Shown one piece after another: positions 26,729-39,365 of a stretch of DNA of 64,000 nucleotides. The position numbers and the translations under genes are program-made. A model generated the notes under the pieces. It ran no database searches. It was not told the origin of the DNA and saw only the letters and a list, made by a program, of their open reading frames with translations. Numbering within the stretch: the stretch's first letter is position 1; each line of letters starts with the position of its first letter. Source of the stretch: Octopus bimaculoides (taxonomy: Eukaryota). Location of the stretch: assembly GCF_001194135.2 (NCBI RefSeq), contig NC_068999.1:765983-829982 (forward strand), in the 5' to 3' direction.

Positions 26729-27630
26729 CGTATATGCTTGGAGCTTTTAAAGTATATATGGATATACGTCTATCAGCTGTTTCACTCACTCTCAAACATA
26801 AGTGTTTATATATATGTGTATGTATGTTGTATGTATATATGTATGTATGTATGTATGTATGTAAGTATATATATATATATATANNNNNNNNNNNNNNNNN
26901 NNNNNNNNNNNNNNNNNNNNNNNNNNNNNNNNNNNNNNNNNNNNNNNNNNNNNNNNNNNNNNNNNNNNNNNNNNNNNNNNNNNNNNNNNNNNNNNNNNNN
27001 NNNNNNNNNNNNNNNNNNNNNNNNNNNNNNNNNNNNNNNNNNNNNNNNNNNNNNNNNNNNNNNNNNNNNNNNNNNNNNNNNNNNNNNNNNNNNNNNNNNN
27101 NNNNNNNNNNNNNNNNNNNNNNNNNNNNNNNNNNNNNNNNNNNNNNNNNNNNNNNNNNNNNNNNNNNNNNNNNNNNNNNNNNNNNNNNNNNNNNNNNNNN
27201 NNNNNNNNNNNNNNNNNNNNNNNNNNNNNNNNNNNNNNNNNNNNNNNNNNNNNNNNNNNNNNNNNNNNNNNNNNNNNNNNNNNNNNNNNNNNNNNNNNNN
27301 NNNNNNNNNNNNNNNNNNNNNNNNNNNNNNNNNNNNNNNNNNNNNNNNNNNNNNNNNNNNNNNNNNNNNNNNNNNNNNNNNNNNNNNNNNNNNNNNNNNN
27401 NNNNNNNNNNNNNNNNNNNNNNNNNNNNNNNNNNNNNNNNNNNNNNNNNNNNNNNNNNNNNNNNNNNNNNNNNNNNNNNNNNNNNNNNNNNNNNNNNNNN
27501 NNNNNNNNNNNNNNNNNNNNNNNNNNNNNNNNNNNNNNNNNNNNNNNNNNNNNNNNNNNNNNNNNNNNNNNNNNNNNNNNNNNNNNNNNNNNNNNNNNNN
27601 NNNNNNNNNNNNNNNNNNNNNNNNNNNNNN

Positions 27631-27681
<51 letters not shown>

Positions 27682-27884
27682 TACATACATACATGCAAAC
27701 ATATATGCTCGTGTGTATATAGACAAATGTAGATGGTTAATTACTATGTCTGTATTTTGAAGAAATATATGTACAGACATTTTCGATCGTAAATAGATAC
27801 CTTAGAAAAAAAAAACAGTCTGCTTTTCTCAATTACTCTAGCTATCACTCTATGTGATTGGCCATCTGTTCGTCTAATTGTTTG

Positions 27885-27936
<52 letters not shown>

Positions 27937-27937
27937 C

Positions 27938-27978
<41 letters not shown>

Positions 27979-29201
27979 TCTCTCTCTCTCTCGCTCTCTG
28001 TATATATATATATATATATATATACGTCTGTCTGTTTTTCTATTTCTCAATTTGTCTATTAGTATAATAGCTAATATTTGACTCGTACACGTAAGGTGTC
28101 GCTGCTTCAACATTTTCTTAAACAGATTGATCCAAAGCTATCAAGACTGCCTATAACTGGTAGTTCAAAAAATCAAATAACACAAAACAGCTTAACTGCA
28201 CTTAGATAGTCCATACTTATAAAGGGACACATAAATTCGATATTGGGGCGAGGAAAACGACGGAATACTCGTGTTTGCCTTTAATGAGAGGTTTACTCGA
28301 AGATAAAACCAATGAAGTTATTTGGAAGTGATGAGACACCTCGATACAACGTGACACATGTTAGAAGCAGCGGCTTCATTTTACACTCGCCTCGCACATA
28401 ATGATACAAGTCCAAATATTTTTGAGTATTTAGTCTTAAAATTTATGGGCATTTAACTGGATTTACTCTTATATTTCCATACATAAGTAAAACAGAACAT
28501 TATTCATGTCGTCCAAATCTCGCAGGCGAAAGTTGCAGACCATGAATAATGGTATTTCCCTCTATCACAATAACATCCATCATTATGATAATATATTAAA
28601 ATGAAAACTGCACGCAATTTAACCAGGTTGTATCAACGCTCAGGGAGTTGATTCAGTTTTTAAATAAGCATTGCATTTCATTTTATCAGTCGTTCCATAA
28701 AATGCTTTGCAGAAGTAGATATATTTGATATTGGTTCTCTCTCTCTCTCTCTCACTCATCCCCCTCTCTCTCACTTGCTCCCCTTTCCCTCCCCTCTCGC
28801 TCTCTCTCTGTTTTCCCCTTAGATTTAGCTTTTCCTGAGTTCTTACACAATCAAGGCAAACAACGTTAGCCCGATACCAGTGATATCGTGCGTCGCAGAA
28901 CCGTTTGGCTAACGCATTCCCAAGCGGGTAACTATGTTAAGAGCCACAAACATTTACACTGTGTTACGAGTCACGTACAGAACTACGCTATTTGTGAAGC
29001 TCTTTAGAACACAATGCTGTGGATACACACAAGTACACCCCCCCCCCACATATATATANNNNNNNNNNNNNNNNNNNNNNNNNNNNNNNNNNNNATATAT
29101 ATATATATATATATACACACACGAGTCCGAGGAGGCTATCAGATGTTACCCCATAACTCACCTCTGAGTGCACTATATCTCATAGCAGAAAAGTTGTAAA
29201 A

Positions 29202-29238
<37 letters not shown>

Positions 29239-30109
29239 CATGTATATGTATGTGGGTGCCTGTCAGAACAATGGCTCTGAAATCTGTGCACAATTAAAAA
29301 GTCAGTGTTAATCACATCGATCACAGTAGGAGATGTAAAGAAGCACACCTGTAACTACACCATCACATATATATACACAAACGAACTCACTGAGAGACAT
29401 ATACACACACACACATATATATATATATATATCAACATATATATTTATACATACACATTTACACGCATGCGCATGTTTATATGTATGGGTGTCTGAGTAT
29501 GTAAGTATCCATGCATAAATATTTCATGTTATTGGGGAAAGAAATGTTCTAACTTTCTCACTTCGATGTATTTCGACAACAAATATTAAAAATGTTTTAA
29601 AATAATTCAAAATGTTCAAATAACCGCCACGTCGTCAAAGAGAATAATTTCAAATAAATAAACTGTTAAAAAATAAACTGTCTCAATAACATCAGACAAT
29701 ACGTCAGCGAACGATATCCATACAATAAAACTACTTAAATGAAAATAAAGGGAAATGAAGTTAAAACGAAATAAAAATAAACATGAAAATTAGACAGTCA
29801 AATATATAAAACCAGAAATATGTATACATTGATGCATTATTTCTAGCAGAAACTTTAAAAAATGTTCTATCATAAAATGTTATATATCACTGTATAGGTC
29901 TCTCTCTCTCTCTCACACTCTCTCTCTCTCTCTCACTCTCTCTCTCTCTCCGGCTCAATCTCTCTCTCTTTCTCTTTCTCTCTCTCTTTCTCTTTCTCTC
30001 TCTCTTTCTCTTTCTCTCTCTCTTTCTATTTCTCTCTCTCTTTATCTCTCTATCTCTCTCTCTTTCTCTCTCCCTCTCTCTCTCTCTTTTTTCCCTCTCT
30101 GTATATATG

Positions 30110-30151
<42 letters not shown>

Positions 30152-30171
30152 AGTAATATATTTGGTAGTGT

Positions 30172-30325
30172 GAGAATGCATGGACTAGTGATTAGAGCGT
30201 TCTTCTCATGATCATGATATTGCGGTTTCAATTCCTGGACCTGGTAGGTCGTTATGTTCTTCAGCAAAACACTTCATCTCAGGTTGCTCTGTGATCACTT
30301 CGATGCCTGACATATGGCACACCGT
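30172..30325 (+). mobile_element. tRNA-derived SINE (family 2-like head)
   Basis: A-box-like tggactagtgattag and B-box-like ggtttcaattcc, followed by gtt(a)tgttcttcagcaaaacacttcat. Homologous to the 32288 copy. Confidence 0.75.
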
Positions 30326-30849
30326 GGAAGGAGCTTAGTAGAGTGTTCAGTACGGACAAGGAGGTCATCCTCAAGCCGAAACGAGGAGCCGGTTGAGACA
30401 ATTAGGCAAATAGTCAAGGGAGACCAACGTGTAACAACCCAAGAAATTGCCCACGAAGTGGGAATAAGGACAGGATCAGTGGAATCCATTTTAAAGGAGG
30501 GCTTGTCAATGTGGGGAGTGTCGATGAGATTTGTCACCAAAGTGCTGACAGTGCAGTAGAAGCAACTCTACGTGCAAATCGTTCAAGACTGGTTGAATCG
30601 TGTAAACTACGACCCAGATTTCATGAAGACAATCAGCATTGGTGATGAGCCGTGGGTTTATGGTATCTGCTCGATATGTTCGGTCATCTTACATGAAAAG
30701 GGGCGCGCATCAGAGGTCTAGGCGTAATAGCTGGGAACTTACGCGGAATACCGACACCAAAGTTTCTTTCCCATCCCAAGGATATTCCCCGCGCGGCACT
30801 ATATTTGGCAGGAAAAGTAAAGTCGCTCACATTTTGAACTCATTTCATA
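30326..30849 (+). mobile_element. Mariner (Tc1/mariner, DD34D-type) transposase remnant, 5'-truncated and internally deleted, with probable 3' TIR
   Basis: SSSRNEEPVETIRQIVKGDQRVTTQEIAHEVGIRTGSVESIL..MRFVTKVLTVQ*KQLYVQIVQDWL..DPDFMKTISIGDEPWVY matches the mariner HTH2, the WVPHEL-equivalent and the first catalytic GDETW motif. It ends in aaagtcgctcacattttgaactcatttcaTA. Confidence 0.9.
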
Positions 30850-30879
30850 TAATACATAAAAATATATATATTCTTGTCC

Positions 30880-30915
<36 letters not shown>

Positions 30916-32287
30916 GTATGTATGTATGTATGTGTGTGTGTGTGTGTTTGTACATATATACATACAGACATACATATGCATCTGTATAAATATACACACA
31001 AACACACACACACACGCACACACACGCACAGCAACACACACACACACTTTGAGTGTGTGTGCACTAATGAAAATACCGTCACAGACACGCAAGCGCAGAC
31101 GGGTCAATATTTTTTTCACTTATGAAGCAAAACCCTTAGTATAGAACCGTTAATTAGAAATCAATAATAATATATGTGTGTGCGTATATGTATGTGTGTG
31201 TGTGTGTGTGCGTATATGTATGTGTGTGTGTGTGTGTGTGTGCTGTTCTCTAAAGTCATAAAATTATAGAAGAAATATACAAGCGAAATAAATTGCTGTT
31301 TTCCCCCACCTTCCTGAACATTGCACACTTAATTGTACCCTGGGTGTTCATATTATATCGAAGTTGGAACAGCTTTTATTTTATCGTAGCATTAAAGTAA
31401 ATTTTGCTTAAAATTTAATGTTCGAAAGAATTGTTTCTATCAGGGTTTAACATTCTAAATATCAAATACTTACTTCATGATGGTAGTAAATTATGTATAT
31501 TAGCGTTTACAGTTAGAAAACCCAAATGTTATCACGATATCGCGATATGAAATTTTAAACTGTGTGTCTATTTTATGATTGTGATTATGTAAAAGCGCAT
31601 TCCTTTTTTGATTTAATACGGTACATGTTGCTATTAATTTCTCCATGGATTTGAATATGCACAATCAACATTCGTACTGTCACCTTTGTTCAGTTTGCTC
31701 AGCTTAAATTATGTGAATCAAGTTCGAATTTGATAGTCTTTATTTCAGGTTATATTGATATTCTCTGACAGAGGAGTTGAAATATATAATATGCGAATAA
31801 AGAAGGTGGAATCTTGCGAGCGATAAATAAATTTTAATATTTTGGATATAGGTCCTATAAGTTTCATGATTTTATTATGCATATGTAAATTGCATCAACA
31901 TACGTCTATTTTCTTAGGCAATGAACTTAAAAGCTAATTGTGTTTTGATATATTTTAAGTGTATTACTTGCATCTTTAGTTAGGGATACAGATACCGTAG
32001 AAACTTATGCGCATTATAGCCACTTGTAATTTATACCACTGCGATTAATGCTAGAGTTACCGTTTTTGTAATTATTACAAGTGTGTTTCATGCATTTCTG
32101 TTTCTTTTATAAAAGAATCTCAGCCATATTTTTCTCAATTGCCTTAAAAGGACGAATTGTGAAATATTTACCATGGTTTCCGTTAACATTTTATCTATTA
32201 TTTACTTGTTTCTGCGATTAGAGTGTGGCCATGGTGAGGTAAAACCTTGAATAATTTTTAGCCGAATGTTAAGCATTGTATGAAGGT

Positions 32288-32597
32288 TTGTTGCTTAGTG
32301 GTTAGGACATTCGGCTCACGATCGTGAGGTAGTGAGTTCAATTCCCACCGATGCGCTGTGTCCTTGAGCAAGACGCCTTATTTGACAGTGCTTCAATCCA
32401 CTCATCTAACAAAAACGAGTTGTACGTGTAACTCAAATAGCTAGGCTTGTCATATTATGTGTCATGGTGAAGTTCCCACTGAATTAGGTGAAGGGTATGC
32501 GCGTCCCTGGACAGCTCAGCGACTTGCACATTAATTCCACAAGCAAGCAGTTCCGTTGACCGGATCAACCCTCGTCATCATAACCGACTGGGTGCCA
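32288..32597 (+). mobile_element. Near full-length tRNA-derived SINE (family 2)
   Basis: A box gcttagtggttagg (about 32293) and B box gagttcaattccc (about 32334). The body and tail are complementary to the minus copy at 60300-60490. Confidence 0.85.
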
Positions 32598-32608
32598 ATA
32601 TATATACA

Positions 32609-32640
<32 letters not shown>

Positions 32641-33404
32641 NNNNNNNNNNNNNNNNNNNNNNNNNNNNNNNNNNNNNNNNNNNNNNNNNNNNNNNNNNNN
32701 NNNNNNNNNNNNNNNNNNNNNNNNNNNNNNNNNNNNNNNNNNNNNNNNNNNNNNNNNNNNNNNNNNNNNNNNNNNNNNNNNNNNNNNNNNNNNNNNNNNN
32801 NNNNNNNNNNNNNNNNNNNNNNNNNNNNNNNNNNNNNNNNNNNNNNNNNNNNNNNNNNNNNNNTATATATATATATATGGACATTTCCACTCCTGTCACA
32901 AATATTATTTTCTAATATCAAACTACTTCATACTTGTCAGAGAAAAAAAAATCTATGAGAAACTCATCAGTCTTTGCTACATATTTCGTACAGAACTATG
33001 TTTGTTTTGTGTATAAGCAATAACAAAACAAACAAAAATATTTGATCTTTTGGACACTTTTCTAAAATATTGATTAGAATTCATGAAAGAAATCTTAGAA
33101 AACCTATCAGAAGAGAAGACTGTAGATATGAAACTGTTATATTCACTCTGTGAAATTTCATTAAGGCAAACAAGATAACGCAATTTTTACTCGTTCGTTT
33201 ATTTGGAATATATCACGGAAAAAAATATATCGAGGTTGTTTTCTTTCCAATACTTCCGATGCACTTATTTTTTCTACACAGCTTTAACATAGTTTTCTTT
33301 TAAATTTTATTTTGAATAATATTTAACAAAATATCAATTTATTTGCATAACTTCTGCTGAACATACTTTAGTGGTCCAATTCCTCGGTTACTGTTACATA
33401 AAAA

Positions 33405-33620
33405 ATTAATATTCAAACCGGCCATAACCGGCAAAAATATTTCTGCTTTATGTTCAAACTGGCTAGATCTAACTTCTCATACCTACCATATAATGTCATT
33501 CTAAAGAAATAACCGCATCATCGAAATCTCAGTGTTATGAGATAATGCCTGATTAATTCAAAACTATGTGAATGAATAAACATTATATTTGATAAAGTGA
33601 TCTAAAGTTTAAAAGGTTAA
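33405..33620. mobile_element. Probable piggyBac-like MITE, left end decayed
   Basis: Right end aaaggTTAA. Internal paired motifs attcaaaccggcc / gttcaaactggct. Recognised from memory as an abundant octopus TTAA-flanked element. Confidence 0.45.
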
Positions 33621-33815
33621 GGCAGCCAATCAACAGAGTCCTTCGAATATTGATAAGTTTGTTTTGCACTATCGAGTTCAAACTGTTTCGTGATCGAATT
33701 TACATGTCATTAATTCTTGGTCGATAAAGTACCAGTGTTGCTTTGAAATTTATAACTTCTTTTCCAATCCCTCTTTCTCCCTGTCTAGAAGAAATCGCCT
33801 GTATTTTTTTTTTAG

Positions 33816-33942
33816 AATGTCCAATTTACACGGTATGCCAATTTCCACTTCTGGACAGTGTTGAGGGCACAAAACAAAGCAAAGGAGAAGAAGTCAACAC
33901 AGACACATCATATGAAAACGACTTTTCGTGCAATCTGCAAAA
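33816..33942 (+). CDS. Candidate exon (phase 1: CPIYTVCQFPLLDSVEGTKQSKGEEVNTDTSYENDFSCNLQ)
   Basis: Strong acceptor gtattttttttttAG and donor AAA|gtgagt. Two frames are open. No domain recognised. Confidence 0.35.
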
Positions 33943-34159
33943 GTGAGTATCTATGTCGTCGCTTCATTTGCTAGAGATAGCTATCGAACATCTCAAAACT
34001 ATCATCTTAAAATATTATATTCAATAATTGGCAGAGTGTTGGTGGTGTCTGTCAGTTCAAAGTAGATATTTGTCTATGCACATATGGACGGGTTTGGGAA
34101 AGATTTTTCAGAAAGTGTATCAGTTGCTTTTGTACACAATCGTCTCCTTTTCTCGCCAG

Positions 34160-34238
34160 ACATTTTGTCCAACGGAAAGTCCTCTCACTCACCCAACCAG
34201 GAATACAGCAAGGCACCATCGACGTCAAAAGCGTTGTC
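34160..34238 (+). CDS. Candidate exon (phase 2: HFVQRKVLSLTQPGIQQGTIDVKSVV)
   Basis: Acceptor cgtctccttttctcgccAG and donor GTC|gtaaga. Phase-compatible with 33816-33942 in either open frame. Confidence 0.3.
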
Positions 34239-34337
34239 GTAAGAGCAAAAACGCCCGAAAGACACACATCCATGCTTTTTGTTCGACGCACTCAAAGTTT
34301 CACCACTGCAGCGTCTTGTACCGATGATCCGTTCGTT

Positions 34338-34457
34338 CTCGACGCCAAAGGATGACAGCTAAAGTTGACCTTGGCGGAATTTGAATCCAAACAACAGAGA
34401 TTGGAAACAAATAGTGCTAGGTTTTCTACTCTAACATCTCTTTTATTTGCCGCCTTC
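34338..34457 (-). mobile_element. SINE family 1, minus strand, decayed
   Basis: tcgacgccaaaggatgacagctaaagttgaccttggcggaatttgaa is the reverse complement of the family 1 core. Confidence 0.7.
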
Positions 34458-35127
34458 AGTACTATAGCACTACACTTATAAGCCCCCGATTTTGTTTTCA
34501 TCTTGTTACTGACCGATTACTTTTATAAATGTTCTACACAAACACCACAAATTCTCCAGCTCATATCTCACAGACAGTTATAGACGACATCATTTAGATC
34601 CAATTTCTTGACCTTGCCAAGAATTTCTAGGTGGCACTTTGCTGACTTTATTTTAATCGTATCATATGTCCTATTTTAATCTGACAAGAGAAGCTAATAC
34701 ACAAAGTACAAAGTCTGAGTGAGTTTCAGGAAAGACCGCCATATCTTATAAAAACGTGATCACCATATTTGATATATTTTTGAAAATGCTAAAAATTATA
34801 AGCACCAATATCTAAAAGATATTCTGTGCTATGAATTTATAATGTAAAATTATCGCTGTTGCATTTTGCTTATTTTTATAACCGCTATGACATTTAATAC
34901 AGCTCGATACGAAAATTCAAATTCGAAACATTTGCTGCAAAAATCGTAAATATGAAATAAAAATGCAAATATACCTTGCTGCTCAGTAATAAATATTTAA
35001 TAATCTTTTCTTTTTCTTTTTCAAGTGGTAAAATTATTATAGTGTTAGGCATAATACCTTGTGGTAGTTAGGTACTGCCCTTTACGTCTTGAATTCAAAT
35101 ATTGATAGGGTGATCGAAATGTTTTCA

Positions 35128-35226
<99 letters not shown>

Positions 35227-35240
35227 AAGAAGAAGAAGAA
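35128..35240. repeat. (AAT)n(AAG)n compound microsatellite
   Basis: Read directly from the sequence. Confidence 0.97.
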
Positions 35241-36056
35241 GAGATTCCGATCTCGGTGTTCAACTCGAGGTCAGAGATTTTTAGTGGATGTAAATACATA
35301 TTTAAATATATCTTAAAAAATTGGAAGATTTCACCGATTACCGATTGATTGGTCATTTCTTTCTATCGTTCTTTATAACGCCTAAGAATATAGATATATT
35401 TCCTTCTTTCATTGTGTCCATTTATACCTCATTTATATATACATTATATTTTTTCCATCCTTTCGTATTTTGTCTGTAATTTTTATCTTTATACATTATA
35501 ATTATAGATCTTTATAACAGACACCATAGAGTTTTCCACTTATAATTTTATGCAATTATGTATATTTTCTATTTTTATGTACTTGTATAATTTGTGTATT
35601 GCAATATAGCTTAACTACTTGTATATATTTGTATAGCCTTTCGATTGTCTGTAAATCCATATGTATTTTCATATTTTAGATATATTGACAAGTTTATAAT
35701 TTAATTCAATTTTCATAATTCTTATAATTTATAAACTTATCATTTTACTTTTTTCTTATGTTTATTTATTTTTGATTTAATTTCCTCTGAACGCTTTGCA
35801 TCAGTTCAATTTGGTAGCTTACATTTAGTGGAATCTTCCATTAAAAATCCAAATTATTGAGCATCACCTCTCGTCCGCTCCTCTATTTAAACTTCTTGGT
35901 TTCATAGAATAATCAGCCCATGATGGTCGTACTTGTAATGTATGTGAAACTATCGCATGTAATACTTGTGGAGTGAAACGCAAATATTAATATTGGACTC
36001 TCATTAGAGGCAGTGCTCTTCTTGTTGATCTTTTTACGGATATTAATTTACTATAT

Positions 36057-36113
<57 letters not shown>

Positions 36114-37094
36114 AGATGTAATTTCTTTAAAAATGTAAGATATAACAGCGATGCAACCATTCCAATAAATATATATGAAAAACATAAGTTCACTATACAA
36201 ACGAAAGAATAAAAAATCTGTCACGACTAAAAAGATTACTTGTAGCAGACGTAATCTCTATCGATTAGGTGTAAATCAAATAGATAGCCTATTACTTTCA
36301 TTATGTATAAATAATATTGTATCGCAATCTAACAGTTAAAAGCAAGCGCTAAATTATTTGAGTGAGATGTCAATTACGATGCGGGACGTAACAGAAATAT
36401 CACCTAAGGAGAAACAGAAGAGAAATGAATGAAAGAAAGAAAATTTATATTTAAAGCAGTAAACGTATTTATTAATCTTAACACATTTTTACAGAAAGTA
36501 AAGAAAGAAAACATGGAAAACATGATATTATCGAGAAAATTCTCATAACCACCTCACCAAGGAAACAAATATAAAAAATGAGAATGGAAATGAAGCAGCA
36601 GAAGATGATGGGGCAGTAACGAAATGTAACCTACAGAAAAAATGGTGTGTAGCCGCGTCTCGAAGGCATGATTAGAAATGCGTTGCAGTGGAGAAGGTTC
36701 AGCGATATTCGCTACACAAACACCCTATCCGGCGCGGCGCATTTCTCAGAAGGGCAGCAGTTACTTAAAAATTGAAATTATAATCATCATTATTTGATAA
36801 TTCAATAATGTAGAACCAAATATAGAAATAACGTATAAAGCAGAGAAAATGAATGACAATAAATCGCCAAGTAATATAAATTGTTTGAAGATGCAGGGCT
36901 AGAATTGAAGGCAAATGAAAAAAGATAAAAGAAGGACAATTCCTTACCAGCGCCATTCGTTTCCGATGTTATACCGACGAAGCAGCAATTACGGTCATTA
37001 ACTTACAACTGTTTCTGCAAAAAGTGTCCGCTAGCTTATTAAAGTGATCATGCAATTCCTATTCATTACTTTCGAGATTGCACTTCTTGATATA

Positions 37095-37320
37095 TCAAGC
37101 ATTTGAGAAAGAGAGACAAACCTCCTCGTCGAAACAAAACTCCGGAAGAAAACAAAAATTTTCAGATAGGGACCGCCGGAATCTAACGCGAATTGTTAGA
37201 ATGGATCACAAAAGTACAGAGCTTAGTGACCACCTCGAGATTTCAATTTCCACAGTGTTTACCAGGAGCAAAGCCGGATTTTACGACAAGGCTGCAATCG
37301 GAAAACCACAACTTTCAAAA
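37095..37320 (+). mobile_element. Tc1-family transposase N-terminal remnant
   Basis: QTSSSKQNSGRKQKFSDRDRRNLTRIVRMDHKSTELSDHLE..STVF..SKAGFYDKAAIGKP matches the Tc1 GRPR-like linker and HTH2 (NSGRKPKLSDRDRRTLKRIV...ELHK..IHGRAAIAKPL). The DDE domain is absent. Confidence 0.85.
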
Positions 37321-38024
37321 CTTCGTTCTGTGAGTCCACAAGACTTCAAGTTGCATAGAGTCAAAACGTTATTAAATGCTATATGTAACTCTTACCAAAT
37401 GTGTTTAGTGCGACTTTCTTTTGTCCACACATACGCACAGACACACATACACGCATATATATATATATATATATATATATGCATATATATATATATATAT
37501 ATAAATACATATATATATATATATATGTATATATATGTATATANNNNNNNNNNNNNNNNNNNNNNNNNNNNNNNNNNNNNNNNNNNNNNNNNNNNNNNNN
37601 NNNNNNNNNNNNNNNNNNNNNNNNNNNNNNNNNNNNNNNNNNNNNNNNNNNNNNNNNNNNNNNNNNNNNNNNNNNNNNNNNNNNNNNNNNNNNNNNNNNN
37701 NNNNNNNNNNNNNNNNNNNNNNNNNNNATATATATATATATATATATATATACCTACATAAATGTACATATGTATGTATATAGGTATATCAATTGCTATT
37801 TCTTTATTCGTTTTTATGAATGGTTATCTCTCAGCACGTTGTATTGTAAATCAAACTAGTTGCAGACAGCATAATCTTTTGATTGTCTCATCAATTTACA
37901 CAAGAACGAATTCAAGAGAGGAATTATAGTTGATAGGAAGTGACCATCATTAATCAACTTATAATTCGATGTCTGGGTCGCTGATGGACACAGAAAAGCT
38001 AGAAGACAGGAGGATCATTCTTGA

Positions 38025-38240
38025 TCTCTTTCTTCTTCTTCTTCTTCTTTTACATCATCATCATCATCATCATCATCATCAGCTTCTTCTTCTTCTTCTT
38101 CTCCTTCTTCTTCTTCTTCTTCTTCTTCTTCTCCTTCTTCTTCTTCTTCTTCTTCTTCTTCTTCTTCTTCTTCTTCTTCTTCTTCTTCTTCTTCTTCTTC
38201 TTCTTCTTCTTCTTCTTCTTCTCTCTTCATCTTCCTCCTG
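38025..38240. repeat. (CTT)n(CAT)n(CTT)n microsatellite
   Basis: Read directly from the sequence. Confidence 0.97.
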
Positions 38241-38695
38241 CTCTCTTCGACAATTCTAAGACTCAGCCTACGCAGCAGGTGACGGTGTTACTGCTACAGG
38301 TACCGTTTTTACTACTGCCACCTCCCCACTCCCCACACCAATAGCCCTGTCACCGCCACCTCTGAAGCTGTAATCGCTGTCGCTGCTGTTTATAATAATG
38401 ATGACGATGATGAGGAAGATGACAAAAATAATAGGTAATAATAGTAATAATAATAGGAATAACGATGATAACAATAACATATTAATGATGAAAATGATGA
38501 TAGCGATTGTTTGAACTATTACTGTATTGTAATATATCTTTTGTAATGATGATGAGATGATGAAGACGAGGAGAACGACGATGATGTGAGAGAGGTGGAG
38601 ATGGCGCTGGCCGAAATAAAACAACGCGCCAGAAATGATGAAATAATCTGTATTAAGTGAGATGTGAACGACGACAATAATAATAATAATAATAA

Positions 38696-38772
<77 letters not shown>

Positions 38773-38776
38773 ACTC

Positions 38777-39048
38777 AACAGGCATGATAGAGTGGCACGG
38801 TTTATTCACTCGGTAATCTGCATGGATTATTCACTGGGTAATCTGCAAGGACCTGAACTTTTCCCATGATAAAAAACTAGTGGGAACACAAACCACCTCC
38901 GTTGCTTGAAAATGATCGCATGTCACTCCTTTAGAGTTTTACCGTTCAAACTGACAGAAAGATGGATGTGAATAGGCCAGACATTATATTGAAGGATTTC
39001 AAGCAAAAATCATGCCTCCTCATTGATTTCATTGTCCCAACCAACGAC
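38777..39048 (+). mobile_element. R4/Dong-type non-LTR retrotransposon fragment (REL endonuclease region)
   Basis: Frameshifted RHDRVARFIH..IHWVICKDLN..WEHKPPPLLENDRMSLL*SFTVQTDRKMDVNRPDIILKDFKQKSCLLIDFIVP contains the RHD motif and the PD..D catalytic motif. Confidence 0.9.
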
Positions 39049-39074
39049 CCTATGCAATACAACTGTTTGGAAGT

Positions 39075-39365
39075 GTTAACATGTAAATTGTTTTGTCTTG
39101 GTATAAAAGATGCGCTACAGCAAGTATTCTGCTCAATAACACTGATTGTCTTGTCAGTTGATTGAACTTGGCCAGTTGAGCATGTCTTTTGGAGGCTGAC
39201 AATATATGCATCTGTGATCACGCCAGAAGTAGTGGGGGGGGATTCATAGCCATGTTTTGAGGGGAATTCTTTGGGGTTTAAATAATTCACATGTGGAAAA
39301 GTGTGTTTCATTCATCATCCTGAAACAACCCTTATTCAGGGACCTTTTGAGCAGGGTGGACTACT
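39075..39365 (-). repeat. Interspersed repeat of unknown class
   Basis: The segment ggggattcatagccatgttttgaggggaattctttggggtt..aacaacccttattcagggaccttttgagc is recalled as an abundant octopus repeat. It interrupts the LINE fragment. Single copy in this window. Confidence 0.4.

Noticed and set aside
26523-27780. 300-390 aa ORFs, and similar ones at 9.2, 14.2, 44.1, 47.1 and 48.3 kb
   Set aside because: They consist of N-gap X residues plus YI/HT/CV dipeptides from microsatellites, so they are not genes.
32288-32350. tRNA gene (also 30172 and 51925)
   Set aside because: A and B boxes are present, but there is no complete cloverleaf and the sequence continues into a SINE body.
36640-36730. VEKVQR motif suggestive of a CR1/L2 RT tail
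   Set aside because: The match is only about 6 residues, with no supporting flanking motifs.
38946-39311. 121-aa minus ORF
   Set aside because: It spans the antisense of the REL-LINE fragment plus an interspersed repeat, so it is a chance read-through.
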